From: a virus
Lineage: Duplodnaviria > Caudoviricetes
IMG/VR virus record: IMGVR_UViG_3300034341_000088
Coordinates: 1 to 39,353 of that record
DNA length: 39,353 nucleotides
Strand: one strand, 5' to 3'
Numbering within the stretch: position 1 is the stretch's first letter; each line of letters begins with the position of its first letter. The notes under the pieces were generated by a model. It saw only the letters and a list, made by a program, of their open reading frames with translations, did no database searches and was not told where the DNA came from. The position numbers and the translations under genes were made by a program. This document shows, one piece after another, positions 26,286 to 35,811 of this stretch.

Positions 26286-26609
26286 ATGATGACTGTAATG
26301 AAAGAGTTAAACGAGAACACACAGGTTAAAGCTAACCTTGCATTTGTTGCTAAAGTAATAGGTATAGTTGGTACAGCTGTGTGGGGTTATAGCGTACTAT
26401 GGAACAAGCTTAATGCGTTAGACCTAGAGATCATGCGTATCAAACACGACGTAGAACTTAATGCGGAGTTCCGGGTAAAGTGGCCCAGGGGCGAGTTAGG
26501 TGCATTACCTGCCGACGCTACTCAAGATATGCGTTTAATGTTCATGGAGAAGCAAGTAGGCAAACATGAAGAACTACTTGAGAACTTACGATACGGAGAC
26601 TTGAAGTGA
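26286..26609 (+). CDS. Hypothetical single-TM plus coiled-coil protein
   Basis: Hydrophobic LAFVAKVIGIVGTAVWGY; WPRG..G.LP.D..QD motif. Confidence 0.65.
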   Translation: MMTVMKELNENTQVKANLAFVAKVIGIVGTAVWGYSVLWNKLNALDLEIMRIKHDVELNAEFRVKWPRGELGALPADATQDMRLMFMEKQVGKHEELLENLRYGDLK

Positions 26610-26610
26610 G

Positions 26611-27078
26611 ATGGGCGAATTACTTATGTTATTTATTACGGGCGGTGGTAGCACTGCTATGGGGGCGATTCTTAAAGGCGTGTTCGGATATGTCTTTGAA
26701 GCCAAACAGAACAAGCATGATCTTGAAATGGCGAGAGAGGCTCGTTCGTCTGATAATTTCCTTAGACTACAAGCTGAAATCGCTAAAGGAGGTACTGGTG
26801 AGTTTGTTTCTTTTACTCGTCGTATTCTTGCTGTTATCGGGGTGTCTACGCTCTGTAGCTGTATCATCCTTTGCACCCTCTATCCCCAAGCAGAAATCGT
26901 TACCTTTACAAACGCAGACGGAGAAGGTGTCAACGAGTTCTTCTTTGGACTCATCAGTTTCCAAGCCCACCAAACACCGATCACCATCTCTTCTGGACAC
27001 ATCAGCCTTATGGGATGTACGGTAATATTGCCTTGTATCTTAGGGTTTTACTTTGGTCCGAGTGGTCGAAGAGGTTGA
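26611..27078 (+). CDS. Membrane protein, putative 3-TM holin-like
   Basis: Three hydrophobic segments, KHDLEM linker, TRRIL, C-terminal ILGFYFG. Confidence 0.55.
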   Translation: MGELLMLFITGGGSTAMGAILKGVFGYVFEAKQNKHDLEMAREARSSDNFLRLQAEIAKGGTGEFVSFTRRILAVIGVSTLCSCIILCTLYPQAEIVTFTNADGEGVNEFFFGLISFQAHQTPITISSGHISLMGCTVILPCILGFYFGPSGRRG

Positions 27079-27145
27079 CAGTCAAGCATTTTTCCTGTTT
27101 ACTAATAGATAAATTTAATCGACAACTAGCAACAACTAGTCCCTC

Positions 27146-27166
27146 GACCCGCTGCGGCGGACAATC
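27146..27166 (+). promoter_or_regulatory. Structured element in the capsid 5' leader
   Basis: gac-ccgc-tgcg-gcgg-acaatc: a GC-rich hairpin in an otherwise AT-rich 171-nt intergenic region. Confidence 0.5.
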
Positions 27167-27249
27167 CTGTGAAGACGAACGAAGTGAAAGTCAATCGGTA
27201 ATCATATAACACATACATTCACACACATTAACATAGGAGATCATATATT

Positions 27250-28323
27250 ATGGCAAATGGATTAACAGTCCCCTCTCGTGTAGGTCTTGATGAAAATAAT
27301 ACTGGAGCTGGTAACGACCACCTTTTCCTTAAAAAGTTCAGCGGAGAAATTCTGCAAACCTTTGAGGAGTCTAATATTTTCAAACCTCTACACACAATCA
27401 GAACAATCGACAGCGGTAAGTCTGCACAGTTCCCTGTAACTGGAATTGCTACCGCTAACTACCACACTCCAGGTGAGAACATTGCCGAGCAAGGTGGAAG
27501 TCCTGACAAATACCTCAGCGATATCGGCAAGACCGAGAAGATCATCAACATCGATAAGATGCTTGTTGCTTCTACTTTCTTGGCTAACATCGACGACGTA
27601 AAGAACCACTACGACATCCGCAGCGTCTACGCTAACGAGTTGGGTAAAGCTCTTGCCGTTCGTTTCGATACTGCTGTAGCTAAGACATTCTTAGGTGCTG
27701 CTCGTGACTCGGCTAACTTATCCGCTACTTCCGCTGGTTCTACCTACGATGTAGCTGGTGAAGCTTTTGGTCGTGGTAACCTTGACCCAACTGCTGTTGA
27801 TACCTTCACCGGTGCTCAGTTAGTAGGTGCTTTGTTTGCTGCTGCTCAAAGGCTTGACGAACAAGACGTTCCTTCTGACGGTCGTTTCTGCGTTCTTCGC
27901 CCTGCTGAATACTACAAGTTAGTAACAGGTGCAGACAGCAATAACACCTTCAGCCTTACTTCTGTTATTAACTCCGACATTGGAGGTCAAGGAAGTATCG
28001 CTTCTGGTAACGTTCCACAAATCGCTGGTATCAGCCTCTACAAGTCCAACCACCTCCCATCAACTGATTTGTCTGGTGGAGCTGGAGTTGACGCTGGTAG
28101 TAACAATGATATCTTTGCGGGTAACGGAGTAGGGTACGACGGAGACTTCCGTAATACCTTCGGTATCGTTTCTCACAGTGCTGCTGTAGGAACCGTTAAG
28201 TTGCTCGACTTGGCTACTGAGTCTGAATATCAGATTGAGCGTCAAGGTACATTGTTTGTTGCTAAGTACGCAATGGGTCACGGAATCCTCCGTCCTGAGT
28301 GTGCTATCGAACTAGCTTCGTAA
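27250..28323 (+). CDS. Major capsid protein (T7 gp10-like)
   Basis: LFLKKFSGEIL..F, RTI.SGKSAQFP..G, IDK.L, YDIRS.Y..ELG.ALA..FD, AKYAMGHG.LRPECA; AGGAG upstream. Confidence 0.97.
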   Translation: MANGLTVPSRVGLDENNTGAGNDHLFLKKFSGEILQTFEESNIFKPLHTIRTIDSGKSAQFPVTGIATANYHTPGENIAEQGGSPDKYLSDIGKTEKIINIDKMLVASTFLANIDDVKNHYDIRSVYANELGKALAVRFDTAVAKTFLGAARDSANLSATSAGSTYDVAGEAFGRGNLDPTAVDTFTGAQLVGALFAAAQRLDEQDVPSDGRFCVLRPAEYYKLVTGADSNNTFSLTSVINSDIGGQGSIASGNVPQIAGISLYKSNHLPSTDLSGGAGVDAGSNNDIFAGNGVGYDGDFRNTFGIVSHSAAVGTVKLLDLATESEYQIERQGTLFVAKYAMGHGILRPECAIELAS

Positions 28324-28330
28324 CTCTTCT

Positions 28331-28384
28331 CTCGGTGTTGGGGAGGTCTGGATTCGTTCCGCTCCCCTCACTGAGTATTTTTTT
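28331..28384 (+). terminator. Post-capsid terminator (T-phi equivalent)
   Basis: ctcggtg/cactgag and ggggag/ctcccc stems followed by a T7 run. Confidence 0.8.
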
Positions 28385-28400
28385 ATACTTATAACTTATC

Positions 28401-28979
28401 ATGGCTCTGACGACTAAACTAAACGCAGTAAATACAATGATCAGTGTTATCGGGGAAGCTCCTGTTAATACGTTAGGAGGTACAGCAGTACCCGTATCAG
28501 TCGTCCAAGCCGAAGCCGTACTCGACGAGACTAGTAAAGCTATACAGTCAGAGGGTTGGCATTTTAATACAGAGCACGAGTATCCACTTACTCCCGATGC
28601 TTCAACGTCTAAGATTAACTTACCAAGCAACACGCTAAGAGTAGACTTAGACCCAGAAATTTATACAGACAGCGATCCAGTACAACGTGGACTTTTGTTA
28701 TACGACAGAAAGAATCACACGGATGTATGGACGAAAGAGGTGAAAGCCTCTATTACTTTTGATTTAGACTTCACGGATATACCCGAACAATTCCGTCATT
28801 ACATAACAGTTAAAGCAGCTCGTATCTTTGCTAATAGATTCTTAGGTAGTAGAGAGATAGAAGGGTTTGCTTTGCGGGACGAGATAGAAGCAAAAGCACG
28901 TGCTATTGATAGTGACTCTGAGAATGCTGACAGAACGATCTTTGACCACTACAGCGTACTAAGAGTATTAGATAGATAA
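28401..28979 (+). CDS. Tail tubular protein A (T7 gp11-like)
   Basis: LNAVN.M...IGEAPVN.L, QSEGWHFN.E, P..FR.YI...AAR.F. Confidence 0.95.
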   Translation: MALTTKLNAVNTMISVIGEAPVNTLGGTAVPVSVVQAEAVLDETSKAIQSEGWHFNTEHEYPLTPDASTSKINLPSNTLRVDLDPEIYTDSDPVQRGLLLYDRKNHTDVWTKEVKASITFDLDFTDIPEQFRHYITVKAARIFANRFLGSREIEGFALRDEIEAKARAIDSDSENADRTIFDHYSVLRVLDR

Positions 28980-28982
28980 GAG

Positions 28983-31900
28983 ATGCCTCTGTTAGTAAAC
29001 AGTGTACCGAATCTCGCACAGGGCGTATCACAACAGCCTGACAACTTACGGTTTCCCGGTCAGTGTGACGAACAAATAAACGCTTGGGCTACGGTAGTTG
29101 AAGGGCTGGTAAAGAGACCTCCTACTGAATATACGAAGAAGATAGATAGTAGCAGTACGAATGCTGATAAGTTATTCACACACTTCGTTAAACGATCTGA
29201 ACAGAATCAATACTGTGTAGCTGTATCGTTAGGCGGTATAGGTGTTATTAACACAGGAGACGGTACACAAGTATCTATAGCTGTAACTTCTATAGCTAAT
29301 AGTTATCTGAGTTTAGGAGGACAAGCATCGTTAGGTGGTGTAGCTAATCCGTTAGCCGACTTACGAGCGTTAACAGTAGCTGACTATACGTTCCTTGTTA
29401 ATAAGAATAGATTCATACAACGAAGTGAAGCTGCTGGACAAAAGTCTACACCACCTGCTGATGAAGCTTTAATTGTTGTTAAGTTAGGAGACTACGAGAA
29501 AGCTTACAGTATATATGTAGATGATAAGTTGGTACCTATAGCTACAGCTTTACAAGGACAGCATCACGACTACAGTAGTTCAAGTCACGGTAATACATCT
29601 GTTCAACCTGCTACTTATATCTCAGGACCAGCAGATGTAGAGCCGAAAGGTAACCACGCAGATACAGGTTTTATAGCTAGGGATTTGTACGATTGTATAG
29701 ATGAAAGCGTAGTTAATACAAACTCAGGTGTATCTGCTATCACTATAAATCCAGGACCATCTGCTACAGGTGACGGTTGGTTAGGCGGACACTCTACAGG
29801 TACTTATACTTTAGAAACTAACGAACCTGTTAAGAGGAGTGGAGCTAGTGCTAGAATAGGCTATACCAGTAAAAGCAGGAAAGTTAAGACTGAGTACCAA
29901 GTAAAACTACAAGTTAATATCATACAGTCAGGAGCTGCTACTGCATCAGCTGAATTAATAGTAACTAAAGGAGTTATAACAGCTTTTAGAAATTTAAAGA
30001 AAGGCAGCGGTTTCGATCCGTCTAATCCTGTATCTTTACAGTACAAAGCATATAGGAGGGCAAAGAAAAAAAGTATTTTTGGTGAAGGCTGGCACGGCTG
30101 GACGGAAGTAAAAACAGGAGATAGAGATTACTACGTACCCCCAGCTACCTTTAACTTGTCAACTAATGTAAGCACTGACCCTGTACAAGTAACCACTGTA
30201 TCGTTTGTTGATGGAGGTTTCCAAGTAAGCTTAGGTGGTTCTGTTATTAAACTTACAAGTACGGAAGGCCCTTTTAACATACGAGCAGAAGACGGTTTGG
30301 GAGACCAAGCGTTAGGTATTGTATACAGAGAAGTAAGCAACATTACAGAGTTACCTATAAAGTGTTACAATGGGTTCGGCCCTGTTAAAGTAATAGGTGA
30401 TGCAGACATCGACCAAGACGATTACTATGTACGGTTTTCTACTAAAGATAAGACTGACTTTGGTGATGGTAGCTGGATAGAAACAGTTGGTTATTTCCAA
30501 GACGAATCAGAAACTAGTGCGTTAGAAGGTATCGATACATTGTTAACAACTGATACGATGCCTGTAACTCTTACTCCATTCTTTAATGGTAATACAATAA
30601 CAGACTTTAGACTATCTACTCCTAATGATGTTTTATATGTAAAGCACAATAGCAACTACTATAGATTAGATGTAGAAAACAGAGCAGCTGCTGATACTGA
30701 GCCTGGTGTAGGTACTGACTGGGAAGATGTATGGACTGAGGTAGACGAGACAAAAGATACAGCAGCTACTGTAGGTTATCTACCTTGGAAGTTGGGTACA
30801 TTATACTATGGTCCTACTGACAGAAACGCACGAGGTGGTTGGGCACCAAGATCAGCAGGTGACGACAACACCAATCCCTTTCCGTCGTTCGTCGGTAAAC
30901 GTATACGAGACATCTTCTTCTTTAAGAACCGGTTAGGTATACTTACAGACAGCAATATTATCTTCTCTGAAGCTGATGAATACTTTAACTTCTTCCGTAC
31001 TACCACACAGCAACTATTAGACAGTGCTGTTATCGATGTAGGACTTAGTCACACAAAGGTAGCTATACTAGAACACGCTGTACCATTCCAAGAGAAGCTG
31101 ATGTTATTCAGTCAAGGCTCACAGTTCGTACTTCGTGGAGCAGATGTGTTATCACCTAGGACGGTAGCTATATCTCCTGTAACTGAGTACGATCTATCAG
31201 ACGGTATACAACCAGTAGCACTAGGTAACTATATATACTTCCCATTTAAACGAAAAGACTTTGAAGGAGTATATGAATACTTTGTTGATAACAATACTGA
31301 GACGTTTAACGCTGAAGAGATAACTCAACAAGTACCTAAGTATATTACATCTGATGTAAATAGAATCGTAGGTTCACAGTCTGAGAATACTATTGTTATA
31401 GGTACATCTAAAGACCCTAAGACTTTATTCATATATAAATACTTTTGGAGTAATAAAGAGAAAGTACAAAGTGCTTGGATGAAGTTTACCTTTGAACGTG
31501 ATGTTAGGGGCTTTGACTTTATCGACAGTGAGTTGCATTTAATAACAGCAGACACTGACGGTTTACATCTAGAGAAACTTACACTTGAAGACGGTATAAC
31601 AGACACCGACTTAGATTATACTTTGTATCTTGATAGTAAGGTAGATGGAGATTTATTCACTCCTACATACAGTGCTGCTTCTAAGACTACAGAAATAACA
31701 GGTATACCATACGACAGTACAGGAGTTGAGTTATATACTAAGCAAGGCACAGAAAGAGCTGTGAGTATATCAGGGTCTAATTCAATAACGGTTTCAGGGT
31801 ATCTAGCCAGCTATGCTGATAACGGTGGTTCTTATGTGTCATACAGCGGTAAGACTTACTACTGCATAGAAACCCACACATCTTCATCTGTTTTTGAAAG

Positions 31901-32513
31901 TCAAAAGTGGAGATTAGCGTTGAACGCTCCCGCTGATCCTGATGTATGGGCTGCCTCAACTAGTTACACACAAGGAACTTTATATAAATGTTTAAAGAAC
32001 CACACATCACCTAGCACTTTTAGTACTACTATAGAGAGTGATACTGTATGGCAAATAACAACAGAAGTTAATAGTGCTACAGAGTGGGTTCCGAGTAAGT
32101 TCTACAACAACGATAAGTATTTCTTTATTGGTAAGCCGTACAATATGTTGTACAGGTTCTCCAATCAAACGTTAAAGCAACCAACAGAACGAGGTGGTCG
32201 TAGTGCATCTGACTATGCTTATCAAACAATACGTAACGGTAGTATAGACTATGCAGACACCGGACACTTTACTGTTGAAGTAACTCCGAAGTACAGGGAT
32301 ACATATAGCTACGCTTTTAATCCTGACATTGTAGGAGCTAACTTAACACTTAATCAATTCACACCACAGAACGGACACTTTAGATTCCCAGTACAAGCAC
32401 AACCTAATGAAGCTACTATCGAAGTTAAAAGCGATAGTGCATTGCCAGTTAAGTTATTAGGTGCAGAGTTTGAATCGATGTTCATACCGAGAAGTAGAAG
32501 ATATGGAGCTTAG
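28983..32513 (+). CDS. Tail tubular protein B / nozzle (T7 gp12-like), enlarged by insertions
   Basis: S.PNL.QGVSQQPD..R, GL.KRPP, VADYTF.VN, GDD.TNP.PSF, FFKNRLG.L, QSAW; 1176 aa. Confidence 0.95.
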   Translation: MPLLVNSVPNLAQGVSQQPDNLRFPGQCDEQINAWATVVEGLVKRPPTEYTKKIDSSSTNADKLFTHFVKRSEQNQYCVAVSLGGIGVINTGDGTQVSIAVTSIANSYLSLGGQASLGGVANPLADLRALTVADYTFLVNKNRFIQRSEAAGQKSTPPADEALIVVKLGDYEKAYSIYVDDKLVPIATALQGQHHDYSSSSHGNTSVQPATYISGPADVEPKGNHADTGFIARDLYDCIDESVVNTNSGVSAITINPGPSATGDGWLGGHSTGTYTLETNEPVKRSGASARIGYTSKSRKVKTEYQVKLQVNIIQSGAATASAELIVTKGVITAFRNLKKGSGFDPSNPVSLQYKAYRRAKKKSIFGEGWHGWTEVKTGDRDYYVPPATFNLSTNVSTDPVQVTTVSFVDGGFQVSLGGSVIKLTSTEGPFNIRAEDGLGDQALGIVYREVSNITELPIKCYNGFGPVKVIGDADIDQDDYYVRFSTKDKTDFGDGSWIETVGYFQDESETSALEGIDTLLTTDTMPVTLTPFFNGNTITDFRLSTPNDVLYVKHNSNYYRLDVENRAAADTEPGVGTDWEDVWTEVDETKDTAATVGYLPWKLGTLYYGPTDRNARGGWAPRSAGDDNTNPFPSFVGKRIRDIFFFKNRLGILTDSNIIFSEADEYFNFFRTTTQQLLDSAVIDVGLSHTKVAILEHAVPFQEKLMLFSQGSQFVLRGADVLSPRTVAISPVTEYDLSDGIQPVALGNYIYFPFKRKDFEGVYEYFVDNNTETFNAEEITQQVPKYITSDVNRIVGSQSENTIVIGTSKDPKTLFIYKYFWSNKEKVQSAWMKFTFERDVRGFDFIDSELHLITADTDGLHLEKLTLEDGITDTDLDYTLYLDSKVDGDLFTPTYSAASKTTEITGIPYDSTGVELYTKQGTERAVSISGSNSITVSGYLASYADNGGSYVSYSGKTYYCIETHTSSSVFESQKWRLALNAPADPDVWAASTSYTQGTLYKCLKNHTSPSTFSTTIESDTVWQITTEVNSATEWVPSKFYNNDKYFFIGKPYNMLYRFSNQTLKQPTERGGRSASDYAYQTIRNGSIDYADTGHFTVEVTPKYRDTYSYAFNPDIVGANLTLNQFTPQNGHFRFPVQAQPNEATIEVKSDSALPVKLLGAEFESMFIPRSRRYGA

Positions 32514-32949
32514 GATAGATGAAGCACAACTTGATATTGATGCTGTTGATTTGTACGAAGACTTACGGGAAGACGATATGTTAGAGATACTAGGACTTAT
32601 GCACCACCCTAGAGATGCTGTATATACATCGTATAGCTGTTCTACTAAGTGCTACAGTGTAAAGGATGAGATGAATAACTTGTATTGTTCCTTTGGCGTA
32701 GCTCCTATTGAAGGTACTAATATCGGAAGTGCTTGGTTATTAGGTACTAGAAGATTACCGACGATTAAGAAGTTCTTCTTGAAACACTCCAAGGAACGTA
32801 TGGAAGGATTGTTAGACGGCTTTGATTACCTAACTAACTTTGTTATGAAGAGTAACACGTTGAGCTATAGGTGGTTGAAGTGGTTAGGTGCTGAGTTTAA
32901 CGATTGTCACTTGGACGGCTATATGTCATTTATATTAGAAAGGAAGTAA
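32503..32949 (+). CDS. Internal virion protein A-like (T7 gp13 / DUF2833, GNAT-like)
   Basis: LREDD..E, FGV, AWLLGT, LTNFV...N....RWLKWLG..F; syntenic position. Confidence 0.8.
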   Translation: MELRIDEAQLDIDAVDLYEDLREDDMLEILGLMHHPRDAVYTSYSCSTKCYSVKDEMNNLYCSFGVAPIEGTNIGSAWLLGTRRLPTIKKFFLKHSKERMEGLLDGFDYLTNFVMKSNTLSYRWLKWLGAEFNDCHLDGYMSFILERK

Positions 32950-32953
32950 GTAT

Positions 32954-33634
32954 ATGTGTGATCCAGTATCGTTAGGTTGGGCAGGTTTAGCCATGGGAGC
33001 AGCGTCAGCTGGTGCTCAGGCCGTCGGTCAACAACAACAAGCTAAGGCACAGTATCAAGCACAGCTGCAACAGAATGAGATGCAACGTCGTATGCAAGCA
33101 CAAGCAGCAGCGGCGGAACGACAAAGGGCTTTACAGGAACAGACATCACTTCGTATGCGTCAAGCACAAGAGCAAGAAGCAGTGGGACGTGAGCTTGAAC
33201 AAGTAAGTCGTAAATCACAAGCAGCACTTGCTAGAGCTAGAGTATCAGCAGGTGAGTCGGGCGTTGCGGGAGCTTCGGTTGACGCTTTGATGGGAGACTA
33301 CATGAGACAAGAAGCTGGGTATCGTAGTGCATTACTTCGCCAACAAGAACTTAGTGGAGTAGGTACAGGACTTGGTCTTGAACAGATAGGACTAGCTTCT
33401 CAACAACGATTGATCGGTATTAAACAGCCTATAGCAGAACCAATACGTCCTAGAGGTTTAGGCATCTCTGATGTATTGAGCGTGGCTAGTGGCGGTCTTC
33501 AAGGGTATATGGCAGGTAGGTCCTTAAGCGGTGGAGGCGGCGGTACTAGCGGTGTTACTCAATCTCCCGTTAGGGGAGTAAGTCGTGGAGGCACTGGCGG
33601 TACTTACTTAGATGGAGGTTACAAAATACTTTAA
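32954..33634 (+). CDS. Internal virion protein B (T7 gp14-like)
   Basis: MCDPVS, A/Q-rich helices, AGESGVAG.SV; syntenic position. Confidence 0.85.
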   Translation: MCDPVSLGWAGLAMGAASAGAQAVGQQQQAKAQYQAQLQQNEMQRRMQAQAAAAERQRALQEQTSLRMRQAQEQEAVGRELEQVSRKSQAALARARVSAGESGVAGASVDALMGDYMRQEAGYRSALLRQQELSGVGTGLGLEQIGLASQQRLIGIKQPIAEPIRPRGLGISDVLSVASGGLQGYMAGRSLSGGGGGTSGVTQSPVRGVSRGGTGGTYLDGGYKIL

Positions 33635-33636
33635 TT

Positions 33637-35802
33637 ATGGCTAAAGAACGAGTACAAGTACAAGGCTTAGGGGACGTTGTTCCTGGTATTCAGCCGACCA
33701 TTCAACGAGCCGGACAGTACGCTGTTGCTCAAGTTAGAGCGGCTCCTGTACAAGCACCTCGTAGTAAGTTGTTAGATTTAGCGGACACTTTAAAAGCTGG
33801 TCAAGATGTATTACAACAGTACGGATTAGCTGCTAAACAAGAAGCGGAAATATTTGAAGATGAGCTAAGTCGTAAGAGTCCTGAAGAAGTACAGGCTATG
33901 CTCAAGAAGACGGAAGGAGAGCTGGACAAGCAAGTACGTCGTGGAGCGATGGGGTGGTTGACTTCTCCGTTGAATCAGAAGAGGAAGCTTAGGGCGGTAG
34001 GTAAGTTAGCAAGTAATGGTCTTATTAACGAAATCGAGGCAAGGATGATTAATCCGAACGCTGACGACCCAGAAGACCTTACTGAACTAGCTAACAAAGT
34101 AAGACAAGAATACATCGAAAATACACCTAGTTTGCAAACTTCTGTGTTTACACAAGAGGGCCTTAATGAAGCGTCTAATGCAAGAATCAATGCTCTTGTA
34201 ACAAACTATGGTAGGCAGAAGGAAGTTGAAGCTAAAGCTAACACCGCAAGCCAGGTAATGGATACTATGTATCAACTAGTTAACCACGGTTACGACGGTT
34301 CGACAGTTAGCGGTTTTAAAGAGGATGGCACAACGGAAGAGCTACTTAATCAGTGGTCCGATTTGGGCGGATTTAACGCTAAACAACAAGCAGCTTTCTT
34401 AGAACAAACAGTAGTAGCATTAGCTAGGGATGGAGGAGAAGTTAAGGCGGATTCGTTTCTTGAGTGGGCAAGCGTAAACCTAAAACTAGGAAATGCTAAG
34501 ATGTCGCTAATAGAGAAGAGTCGGCTTAGTGCTCAGATAGATAGTGCTGCTAGAGGATTTGAACAGTTAGAAGATAAACAAAGAGCTGATCGTGTTATTG
34601 ATAAATTAGCCGAGTATAAGAAAGCACACAACGCTATACAAGTGCCAGGCGGAAAGGGAACGTATAACGGAAAAGAATATACAGATGTTACCCAACTACA
34701 ATTAGCTGCTGAGAATCAAGCATCGTACACAGACACTTTTCAACAAGATAATAGAGGCTTTACTGCATTAACAGACCAGATCAATAACTTTGTTAGAGTA
34801 GATGTTGACCCAATAGAACGTATGACTCAGGAGTTACAAAGAAATACTCCGGGATTAAATATCGTTACTGGTACTTTTTACAGGGACCTTATCCTTCCTT
34901 CTTTTAAAAATGTAGAAAGATTACAAACCGACGCAGAAGCACTTGAGCTTGGTTACAGTTTCGATGCTCAATTAAAGCAAGCTATTGAAATTGAGTCTGG
35001 GAAATTAGCTATGTCTAATTTGACGGAACCCGAAAAGAAACAAGCTTTACTAACATTTGCTCAAGAAGAAAGTAATCGGTTATACAAAGAGTACACGAAA
35101 GACTTAAACACTAGAGCTGCGGCGTTTGATAAAGAAACACAGGACGAAGAAAGAGTAGCTAGGACTCTCACCGAAAGCACTGAAAAAGCCGTTGAAGCTC
35201 CAGAAAGAGGTATGTTTGATAAAATGCTTGAGGGGGTTTTTGGATACAAACAAGACGATGGAGATATAAGTGAAGCGAACAAGGCTATAAGCGTACTAGG
35301 TAATAAACAAGCAGCTTCTGAAGAAAAACAAAAATCTATGGAGTATCTTAAATCCTACGGGGTAGCTGCTTCTACTGCGTTAGCTAAAAAACTTAAACCT
35401 AACGCTTGGAAAAGAGAGCCTAATTTCAGCGTAGATCGATTTGGTAGTTCGGTTTTCAGAGGAGGTGTCAGATATACTGAGGATGAGAATGAAGATTTAA
35501 GGAGAAAATGGATGCACATCAACAGTTTTCTAGAGACGTTTACTAATCTGCAAACATTAGAAACAGGCGTTGCTTCATTCCTAGATACTACAGTTAGATT
35601 TGATCCTACTATATTTGCAGGTCGAACACGCATCACTCGCCTACTTACTCCAACTGAATTAGAACAAGCAGAAGGTATAACAAACGATGCTGATATGCCT
35701 ACTTCTATAAAAAGCAAAGCTCAACTTATTGGTGTTGATGATCTCGTACAGTTTGTTAAAGATCAACGAGAGTTCGCAAAAAGATTACAAGTTATAAAAT
35801 AA
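33637..35802 (+). CDS. Internal virion protein C (T7 gp15-like)
   Basis: 721-aa helical protein between the gp14- and gp16-like genes; assignment by synteny. Confidence 0.7.
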   Translation: MAKERVQVQGLGDVVPGIQPTIQRAGQYAVAQVRAAPVQAPRSKLLDLADTLKAGQDVLQQYGLAAKQEAEIFEDELSRKSPEEVQAMLKKTEGELDKQVRRGAMGWLTSPLNQKRKLRAVGKLASNGLINEIEARMINPNADDPEDLTELANKVRQEYIENTPSLQTSVFTQEGLNEASNARINALVTNYGRQKEVEAKANTASQVMDTMYQLVNHGYDGSTVSGFKEDGTTEELLNQWSDLGGFNAKQQAAFLEQTVVALARDGGEVKADSFLEWASVNLKLGNAKMSLIEKSRLSAQIDSAARGFEQLEDKQRADRVIDKLAEYKKAHNAIQVPGGKGTYNGKEYTDVTQLQLAAENQASYTDTFQQDNRGFTALTDQINNFVRVDVDPIERMTQELQRNTPGLNIVTGTFYRDLILPSFKNVERLQTDAEALELGYSFDAQLKQAIEIESGKLAMSNLTEPEKKQALLTFAQEESNRLYKEYTKDLNTRAAAFDKETQDEERVARTLTESTEKAVEAPERGMFDKMLEGVFGYKQDDGDISEANKAISVLGNKQAASEEKQKSMEYLKSYGVAASTALAKKLKPNAWKREPNFSVDRFGSSVFRGGVRYTEDENEDLRRKWMHINSFLETFTNLQTLETGVASFLDTTVRFDPTIFAGRTRITRLLTPTELEQAEGITNDADMPTSIKSKAQLIGVDDLVQFVKDQREFAKRLQVIK

Positions 35803-35811
35803 TATATTGTT

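Noticed and set aside
26606-27209. Overlapping ORFs 26606-27025 and 26871-27209 as spanins
   Set aside because: No convincing signal peptide or lipobox; better explained as shadows of 26611-27078.
28290-28400. Programmed -1 frameshift giving a gp10B-like extended capsid
   Set aside because: No slippery sequence before the stop, and a terminator follows directly.
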